Part shown: positions 6,886 through 12,567 of the stretch, piece by piece
Numbering within the stretch: the first letter of the stretch is position 1
Layout of the letters: each line of letters begins with the position of its first letter
Source: a virus
Lineage: Duplodnaviria > Heunggongvirae > Uroviricota > Caudoviricetes
Length of the DNA stretch: 16,519 nucleotides
Virus record (IMG/VR): IMGVR_UViG_3300028298_000002
Reading direction: 5' to 3' (one strand)
Translations under genes and position numbers: made by a program
The notes under the pieces: generated by a model
Seen by the model: only the letters and a program-made list of their open reading frames with translations
What the model was told of the DNA's origin: nothing
Database searches by the model: none

Positions 6886-6960
6886 TGGTTGCGAGGACCG
6901 GAATCGAACCGGTGTGGGCAACAGCTTATGAGACTGGCGGGAACCAACATCCTCCTCGCA
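6886..6960 (-). tRNA. tRNA-Met(CAU) with an atypical D arm and encoded CCA, cassette 2
   Basis: TGCGAGG/CCTCGCA-A-CCA, loop CTCATAA, ACCGG-TTCGATT-CCGGT T arm; G2-C71/C3-G70 are Met-like; no U8. It is the only tRNA in the array with encoded CCA. Confidence 0.8.
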
Positions 6961-6973
6961 ATATTTTTTTTTG

Positions 6974-7056
6974 AGCCTAAAGAGAGATTTGAACTCCCGT
7001 GTGGTTTCCCATCCAGATTACAAATCTGGCGCAATCGGCCGCTATGCGATTTAGGC
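6974..7056 (-). tRNA. tRNA-Thr(UGU) with a long variable arm, cassette 2
   Basis: GCCTAAA/TTTAGGC acceptor (C2-G71), CCAGA-TTTGTAA-TCTGG anticodon arm, 14-nt variable arm with TGG-GAAA-CCA. Confidence 0.88.
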
Positions 7057-7061
7057 AATGT

Positions 7062-7150
7062 TTCGAGAAATGGCTGGGCTATTTTGTTTCATTGTCCCAA
7101 CCAATCATTCGCCACCAGGATTTTCCTACCCGATAGCAACCTATCTCAAA
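7062..7150 (-). ncRNA. Unidentified structured RNA of about 90 nt at the head of cassette 2
   Basis: Closing stem TTTGAGA/TCTCGAA encloses two hairpins (TTGCTATCGGG/CCTGGTGGCGA and TGGTTGGG/CCCAGCCA). Confidence 0.4.
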
Positions 7151-7185
7151 GTGTTAAATAAAAAAAAGAACTTAATTTTAGTCAT

Positions 7186-7216
7186 AAAAAAACCCCGACT
7201 TATTTGGTCGAGGCTT
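7186..7216 (-). terminator. Intrinsic terminator (attenuator) ahead of tRNA cassette 2
   Basis: AAGCCTCGAC-caaataa-GTCGGGGTT followed by TTTT. Confidence 0.85.
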
Positions 7217-7238
7217 CGTAGGTTTAATGTAGATGTTT

Positions 7239-7358
7239 TTAACATCGAACACAATCGTCCAAAGCCTCATTAGTCTTGTCTCCGCCCTCAATACGTACAG
7301 CGACAGACCAATTGGTTCTCGTTGCACACGCCATTATAATATTTTTTACTTGTTTCAT
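7239..7358 (-). CDS. Leader peptide 2 (39 aa) MKQVKNIIMACATRTNWSVAVRIEGGDKTNEALDDCVRC
   Basis: A-rich context before the ATG; contains all 13 amino acids of cassette 2 and only three residues outside that set (Q3, S18, L33). Confidence 0.85.
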   Translation of the reverse strand: MKQVKNIIMACATRTNWSVAVRIEGGDKTNEALDDCVRC

Positions 7359-7452
7359 TGAATGCGTTAATTTTTTTTAGTTAAAAAAGGCTGTCCAAAT
7401 TTTTATCCTACGTTTCCGCTGTCCAGAATATTATTCTGCCTTTTTGACTTTG

Positions 7453-7485
7453 CAAATATAGAATGGTTTTTTTTATATTTCCAAA
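7453..7485 (-). promoter_or_regulatory. Bacteroidota sigma70 promoter P2
   Basis: TTTG-N21-TATATTTG. Confidence 0.8.
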
Positions 7486-7597
7486 TTTATTTTTTGTTTT
7501 TCATTTAACTAATTTAAAATCAGTTAAATAAAATTCGGCACTTTCGTAAAATATACAACAAAATGGGAATTTTATTACAATAAAAATCTAAAAATAG

Positions 7598-7668
7598 TTT
7601 CAGGAGAAAGATTCGAACTTCCGTTTGAGAGACCAAAACTCCCCGTCCTGCCGCTAGACGATCCTGAA
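7598..7668 (-). tRNA. tRNA-Gln(UUG), cassette 3
   Basis: TTCAGGA/TCCTGAA acceptor (U1-A72), GGGAG-TTTTGGT-CTCTC anticodon arm. Confidence 0.9.
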
Positions 7669-7679
7669 TTGTGTGTGTG

Positions 7680-7751
7680 TGTGATCGACAAGATTTGAAC
7701 TTGTGTCCCCGCCTCTTCAGGGCGATGCTAGGCCAACTCAGCTACGACCAC
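7680..7751 (-). tRNA. tRNA-Phe(GAA), cassette 3
   Basis: GTGGTCG/CGATCAC acceptor, TCGCC-CTGAAGA-GGCGG anticodon arm. Confidence 0.9.
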
Positions 7752-7761
7752 ATTAATTTTG

Positions 7762-7837
7762 TAGCGATGGCCAGATTTCAACTGGCGCTTCCCTGGTCCC
7801 AAACCAGGTCGGAAAAAGCAGACTTCCGTACATCGCT
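7762..7837 (-). tRNA. tRNA-Pro(UGG), cassette 3
   Basis: AGCGATG/CATCGCT acceptor, CCTGG-TTTGGGA-CCAGG anticodon arm; D loop TGCT (C19) with T loop TTGAAAT (G56). Confidence 0.88.
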
Positions 7838-7846
7838 ATGTAAAAC

Positions 7847-7877
7847 AAAAAACCCCAACATTTCTGCTGAGGTTTTT
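7847..7877 (-). terminator. Intrinsic terminator (attenuator) ahead of tRNA cassette 3
   Basis: AAAAACCTCAGC-agaaat-GTTGGGGTTTTT followed by TGTTTT, about 10 nt before tRNA-Pro. Confidence 0.85.
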
Positions 7878-7897
7878 CGTAGTAGTGTTTTAAATTT

Positions 7898-7966
7898 TTA
7901 ACATAACGATTCCAGAGCAAGAAGTTGCTTAAAAAACTGCGGCTGAAATTGTGTTTTGTTTTTCAT
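7898..7966 (-). CDS. Leader peptide 3 (22 aa) MKNKTQFQPQFFKQLLALESLC
   Basis: ATG lies 8 nt after the -7 element; codons 6-12 CAA TTT CAG CCG CAG TTT TTT are all Gln/Phe/Pro, the amino acids of the downstream cassette. Confidence 0.85.
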   Translation of the reverse strand: MKNKTQFQPQFFKQLLALESLC

Positions 7967-7974
7967 TTGGACTG

Positions 7975-8005
7975 CAATGATAGTGCAATTTTTTGAATCT
8001 GCAAA
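7975..8005 (-). promoter_or_regulatory. Bacteroidota sigma70 promoter P3
   Basis: TTTG-N19-TATCATTG (one mismatch to TAnnTTTG). Confidence 0.72.
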
Positions 8006-8014
8006 TTTATTTTG

Positions 8015-8049
8015 AAAAAAAAAGCAAAAGCCCAATAAAAATTGGGCTT
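8015..8049 (-). terminator. Intrinsic terminator after the VRR-NUC gene, insulating the tRNA array
   Basis: AAGCCCAAT-tttt-ATTGGGCTT followed by TTGCTTTTTTT. Confidence 0.75.
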
Positions 8050-8109
8050 CGCAAGTGAAATTAATTTTAGATTGGTCTCCTACGTTTATTTCGGTGCTAA
8101 GATATGAAT

Positions 8110-8475
8110 TTATTTTCCAATATCAAATCCTGAATGGATCTCGTTAATAATTTCTTGGAATTGTTCGAAGGACCGGCAGATATAAACTTTAATTCCATTT
8201 GCTTCCCAGATTGCGTGGATCTTTTTTTGTTCAGGTGAAACTACACCTGTTTCTGTTTTCATTTCTATGCCGATAGGAATAACTGAACAAACACCTGGCT
8301 TGTATAAATACAGAATGTCGCAGATTCCTGAAACGCAGCCCGTTGCTTTGAGCTTAGTCGCTTCAATCTTATTTCGGTATCCACCATTCGGAACGGAAAA
8401 TAAAAGTCCCCTACGTTCCGGAAAGGTATTGTGAAACCATTGATAGCATTTTGCCTGAATCTGATCTTCGCTCAT
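8110..8475 (-). CDS. VRR-NUC domain (PD-(D/E)xK) nuclease
   Basis: SEDQIQ...LLFSVPNGG.R...G..SGICD...IEMKT..G..SPEQ pattern. Confidence 0.88.
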   Translation of the reverse strand: MSEDQIQAKCYQWFHNTFPERRGLLFSVPNGGYRNKIEATKLKATGCVSGICDILYLYKPGVCSVIPIGIEMKTETGVVSPEQKKIHAIWEANGIKVYICRSFEQFQEIINEIHSGFDIGK

Positions 8476-8559
8476 TCCTCAAAAGTAGGGAAAATTATCC
8501 GAAGCAAAACTCTAAAGTTTAAAGATTAATCAAAGCCTTTATTTTCAATACTTTTAGAA

Positions 8560-9230
8560 CTTTGATACTATGCTTACTTAGTGTATTGGGTAATTCATTG
8601 GATTGGAAAATTCAGTACAAGACTTCAAAAAGGAGTTTGATACCGTACAGTCTTACTTAGACTAGGTTAGTACCAATTTCACACGGTTTTTTAATGGTTT
8701 CTATTATTAAGCCCTATAAACCTTTTTATTTTTTTTACAAAAAAGTTCAATTATTCAATATGATACTATGTATTGTATGTTACTACTCATAATCAGATGT
8801 TTAACTACTATGTATTGTATAGTACTATGTCAATTTAGAATAAATAAATATTTATAATTAAAATAAAATATACGCGTTAATATGTTTTTCTATATTCTTT
8901 TAGGCAGAATCTTTAAATCCTTAGTCTAAGTAATGATGTATAGTATTAAACTCAAAAAGGTGGTTTTTTTAATAAAAATCAATCAATCAATAAATCATTA
9001 CTTAGACTAGTGTTTCCATAGTACTGCCTTTTTAATTTGAGTTTGATACTCAATTTTTTAAATTGCTAAATACTTAGTTGCACTAAGCTAGTATAGTACA
9101 GGAATCAATATAGTCTATGTTAATATTGATATATATAATATTTTGTACTACTAAAATGTTTGTACGATAGAGTTTTAAATGTTTAGTACTATTTTTTTTA
9201 GTACAATATTTTTTTGTACATTTTTAAATC
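8560..9230. repeat. AT-rich non-coding region with dispersed direct and inverted repeats (origin-like)
   Basis: TTACTTAGACTAG at 8653 and 8998; 15-bp perfect inverted repeat at 8922-8936/8995-9009; TACTATGTATTGTAT at 8764 and 8806; many AGTAC/GTACT motifs; no ORF of 60 aa or more in the track. Confidence 0.6.
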
Positions 9231-9273
9231 GTACATTTGCACTAAACTAAAAATTAAACTAAAAATTAATATT

Positions 9274-10011
9274 ATGAAAGATCATTTTAAAAGAGTGTTA
9301 AAACTAAAAACCTTAAATTTATTTAATGAAGATTGGTATGAAGAAACGGTTGGGGACTTACTCTCATCATCTGATAAGTTACTATCATCCCCATCATTTA
9401 GTGGCGGCTACGTTTATTTTGTGAAGCCAAAAAGAGGGGATAATGTTAAAGTCGGTTTTTCTTCTGATATAATAAACAGGTTAAGGTCATTTAAAACAGT
9501 ATTCGATTCTCCAATAATTTTAATAGGTTACATCTATTCGGATGATTATAAAAATATTGAAAAAGAAATGCATTCTTTTTTTGAAAAAAAAAGAATATCA
9601 GGGGAGTGGTTTAATATATCAAGAATTGAAATAAATGAAGTATTGAAAAAATACGATGGACGCTATGTTAATTCTGAATTTTTAAAAAGTTCATTCGTTG
9701 ATAAAGATTATTTTGGCGGATTTAGAAGTCTTGATGATGTTAAAAAAATTATAATTGATATTGATTTTAAAAAATTACCCAAAGATGGATTTAGATTTTA
9801 TAATTATGAAATAAGAGAAATATTAGGTATAAAGAATAATTCTTCTTCTTCTTTAAGAGCTATTATTAAGGCAATTAAGCATAATTGTGTTGTTAATAAT
9901 TGCAATTTAAAAATGGGAAATAGTGGTAGTAAAAGGTGGTTAGAAATAACTGAAATGACTAGTAAAGAAATTGCCCAGCTGAAGCAAATGAGTGATGATT
10001 TGCCGGATTAA
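9274..10011 (+). CDS. T5orf172/MUG113-type GIY-YIG domain protein
   Basis: GYVYFV...VKVGFS..I.NRL..F......LIG...IEKEMH..F.K.RI.GEWF. Start moved to ATG 9274, downstream of a TACATTTG -7 element at 9232. Confidence 0.85.
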   Translation: MKDHFKRVLKLKTLNLFNEDWYEETVGDLLSSSDKLLSSPSFSGGYVYFVKPKRGDNVKVGFSSDIINRLRSFKTVFDSPIILIGYIYSDDYKNIEKEMHSFFEKKRISGEWFNISRIEINEVLKKYDGRYVNSEFLKSSFVDKDYFGGFRSLDDVKKIIIDIDFKKLPKDGFRFYNYEIREILGIKNNSSSSLRAIIKAIKHNCVVNNCNLKMGNSGSKRWLEITEMTSKEIAQLKQMSDDLPD

Positions 10012-10091
10012 AGCCCAGCAATTTCCGATTTGTGGCTCAAAAAGTGGCATTTTTGAGCCACAAACGACTTTGTGTTGAGCTTAATGGTTAT

Positions 10092-10134
10092 AAACCACCA
10101 AAACCACCAAAACCACCAAAACCACCAAAACCAC
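10092..10134 (+). repeat. Tandem 9-mer (AAACCACCA) x4.8
   Basis: Read directly from the sequence; preceded by a 12-bp-arm palindrome at 10032-10061. Confidence 0.95.
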
Positions 10135-10209
10135 TTATTTCGCAATTCGCGAATTGCGAAATTTGGACAAATTGGGAATCAGATTCCCAATTTTGCTTAC
10201 CTTTGCAAA

Positions 10210-10773
10210 ATGAAAAAAATATTATTTATCGTGATAGCAGTTGTTCTGACTGCGTTTCTTCCAGGTGATAACTGCGGAAAAGAAAGACGCGAAGTGAAAG
10301 CTTTGCTGGATAAAGAAGCAGCAAAAATAAAATGGACTTCAAAACGTACTTCGGTAAAAGCGATGTCGAAGCTGGTCCAGGTATTTCCAAAAGACAAAAA
10401 ATTTGATAAGAAGATCCGCTATGGCTTTGAATATAATGTTTACGAGCTGAAATGTCGGATCCGAGAATTTCGAAAAGAAGACGATGGCGATTATCATTTA
10501 GTTTTGGTGGACCTAAATGACACCACGATTACAATTGTTGGTGAAATTATAAATCCTGAATGTCCGGACTTAGCTAATAGTCAATATTTGGGAGCTTTTA
10601 AAAATACCCGCGAAGAATTTGAATTGTTTAAGTTACCAAAAAATAAAGTGATGCAAGGCGTTTACACAATCACGGGCGTTTGCTTTTTCGACTTTGTGCA
10701 TGGACAATTAGGAATTTCCGCAAATGGCGTAGAGGTTCATCCGATAATGGATATTGAGGGGGACTTTAAATAG
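10210..10773 (+). CDS. Secreted or membrane-anchored OB-fold-like protein (187 aa)
   Basis: Signal peptide MKKILFIVIAVVLTAFL; CG.ER..VK, EDDGDYHLVL and FFD..HGQ.G...NGVEVHP motifs; -7 element TACCTTTG at 10198. Confidence 0.75.
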   Translation: MKKILFIVIAVVLTAFLPGDNCGKERREVKALLDKEAAKIKWTSKRTSVKAMSKLVQVFPKDKKFDKKIRYGFEYNVYELKCRIREFRKEDDGDYHLVLVDLNDTTITIVGEIINPECPDLANSQYLGAFKNTREEFELFKLPKNKVMQGVYTITGVCFFDFVHGQLGISANGVEVHPIMDIEGDFK

Positions 10774-10811
10774 TTGCTTGGTGGCATATATGCTTCCAAG
10801 CAAAGGTAGTG

Positions 10812-10852
10812 AAAAAAAAAACAAACCCGACACGTTGGGCATATCGGGTTTT
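10812..10852. terminator. Intrinsic terminator, probably bidirectional (stronger U tract on the minus strand)
   Basis: A10 run followed by AAACCCGA...TCGGGTTT. Confidence 0.65.
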
Positions 10853-11136
10853 GAATGCACTCTGAATCCTTTAGACATAGCTTATCACAGCCTTACGTTT
10901 TAAATCCGCATAACGAATTTTTTTAGGATCTGATTAGAATCCACAGCCTCACTTACTTCTAAAGGTAGCTGTTTACATTTTGTGCGTTGCAAAGATAATT
11001 TTTTCTGCAAACAAAAAAAAATAAAAAATAATCTCATTGATTTACAGATAGTTATATAAAAAATAACTAAGCGATGTCGAGCGTGTGCAAATTTGTACAT
11101 ATATTTGTACATCTTATTGTAAATAAATAACCAACT

Positions 11137-11307
11137 ATGAATAAACACATTTCAACAAGACTAGCCAAAGCAATTGCACTAAGCGATATGAAGAAAGAAG
11201 GAGAAAAAATTCATCATCCTTTTTTGTATAATAAAGTTGCATTAGCTCCAATTAAAGCAGATGTTTTTTTATCATTAAGCCAACCAGGCAAACTTGTAAA
11301 TTTCTAA
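11137..11307 (+). CDS. Small hypothetical protein (56 aa), absent from the ORF track
   Basis: MNKHISTRLAKAIALSDMKKEGEK...LVNF*, ending 3 nt before the next ATG; TATATTTG at 11100. Confidence 0.55.
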   Translation: MNKHISTRLAKAIALSDMKKEGEKIHHPFLYNKVALAPIKADVFLSLSQPGKLVNF

Positions 11308-11310
11308 ACC

Positions 11311-12171
11311 ATGAAAACACCAGGAACAATAGTTATGCTATCCACAAGTGGAGTTAGTCAAATTAGTCTTCAGCAAGGTAAATTGTATTTTGAAGAATAT
11401 CCAGATAAAAATGTTTGTGTTGGTAATCAGGTTCTATGCCTTGCCCGTAAAAGAATAACTAGTTATTATGAAATTAAAAAAGGCGAATTATATTTCACAG
11501 AAATAGGTCAATTAGCAAAATGTATTGAAGTTTTAAAAAGAGAATACAGAGGTGTTGTCGAAGATGGACATACAATTAGAACTAACAAAAACGAATGCTA
11601 CAAAATAATAGCTACAACAAGTTATATTAATGATTTAAACTCCATTCCCGTTAATTTAATCACCAATTCACAATGGATTCTTGATTTCTACAATAAAAAT
11701 AAAAGATTTCCAGAAGTTGTTTTTGATGAAATGGAAAGCCCTATTTCTATTTTCAATGATGAAGATTCTTCGTCCAACAAAAAGGCGATGACAATAAAAG
11801 CAGCCCCAATGACAAAATCTGATATCATTCAATGGATGAAAGATGCGTATGTTATGATTGGCGAAAACAATGATCAAGGAACGGACGAAGGAAAATGTTT
11901 GCTTGGTGCGTTGATTGAAATTTTGAAAAAGGAAGCCACTTCAACCGAGCCAACCAAAGAAGAAGTAAAATCTATTTGGCGAAACTACACTAGATTAATG
12001 AAGCAGAATGAATTTTCCTTAGCTTCTGGTTTTGTTAATGATTTGATTAGAGAAGGCAACATATCGGCTATGCGGATGTGCATAGAGGCTATTAAAGGTT
12101 ATAAAGAAATGGCTGAATCTAAAAAGCTTTTAAAGGAAAAGATAGAATCAATAATTGGAAAAATAAACTAA
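11311..12171 (+). CDS. Hypothetical phage protein (286 aa)
   Basis: Long in-operon ORF; no family recognised. Confidence 0.8.
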   Translation: MKTPGTIVMLSTSGVSQISLQQGKLYFEEYPDKNVCVGNQVLCLARKRITSYYEIKKGELYFTEIGQLAKCIEVLKREYRGVVEDGHTIRTNKNECYKIIATTSYINDLNSIPVNLITNSQWILDFYNKNKRFPEVVFDEMESPISIFNDEDSSSNKKAMTIKAAPMTKSDIIQWMKDAYVMIGENNDQGTDEGKCLLGALIEILKKEATSTEPTKEEVKSIWRNYTRLMKQNEFSLASGFVNDLIREGNISAMRMCIEAIKGYKEMAESKKLLKEKIESIIGKIN

Positions 12172-12172
12172 A

Positions 12173-12556
12173 ATGAACCAGCAAGAAATCTTAGAAGGGC
12201 TTTGTTACTACGACAAAAGAAATCCAATGTGTACTGACGATGAAGCCATTGAAATCCACAATAAATCGCTTTTGAGAAGCGGTGCAACTTGTTCTTGCGA
12301 CAATTGTTTTTATGGTCGCACAAAGATGGCGGAACACATTTTAGCTATTCAAGGAACACAAGCTTCCGAAACAGAAAAAGAAGAAACGGACGCAGCGATA
12401 ATGATTACGATGCGTAACGCAACTATCCAGGTGATAAGCGTTGGTCCAGACAAGGAATTGTTGCACGAAGTATTGAATGCACCAAAAGGAGCTTGGGACA
12501 GAATTTGGGATGGGATTAAAAGCGTTAAATCGTTAAAACGCCAACCGGCTCCGTGA
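12173..12556 (+). CDS. Hypothetical protein with a Cys cluster; its stop codon is supplied by the IS right end
   Basis: CYYD.RNP.C...CSCDNC; TGA 12554-12556 lies inside the IS terminal GTGA. Confidence 0.75.
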   Translation: MNQQEILEGLCYYDKRNPMCTDDEAIEIHNKSLLRSGATCSCDNCFYGRTKMAEHILAIQGTQASETEKEETDAAIMITMRNATIQVISVGPDKELLHEVLNAPKGAWDRIWDGIKSVKSLKRQPAP

Positions 12557-12567
12557 GCTACCACAGC

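Noticed and set aside
7670-7683. (GT)n microsatellite
   Set aside because: Short and partly formed by the tRNA-Phe 3' end; no evidence of function.
4481-7901. ORF-track ORFs across the tRNA array (4481, 4794, 5228, 6262, 6873, 6889, 7058, 7671)
   Set aside because: They overlap tRNA genes or attenuators, mostly antisense, with no protein motifs; they are by-products of tRNA sequence.
10092-10134. CRISPR array
   Set aside because: A 9-nt tandem repeat with no spacers.
10032-10209. N-terminal NHQ-repeat extension of the 10072 ORF, or the PPK-repeat ORF at 10032
   Set aside because: These arise from the 9-mer repeat. A -7 element, an ATG at 10210 and a signal peptide give a better start.
10900-11148. 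82-aa minus-strand ORF
   Set aside because: Low-complexity and spans promoter-like AT tracts; probably spurious.
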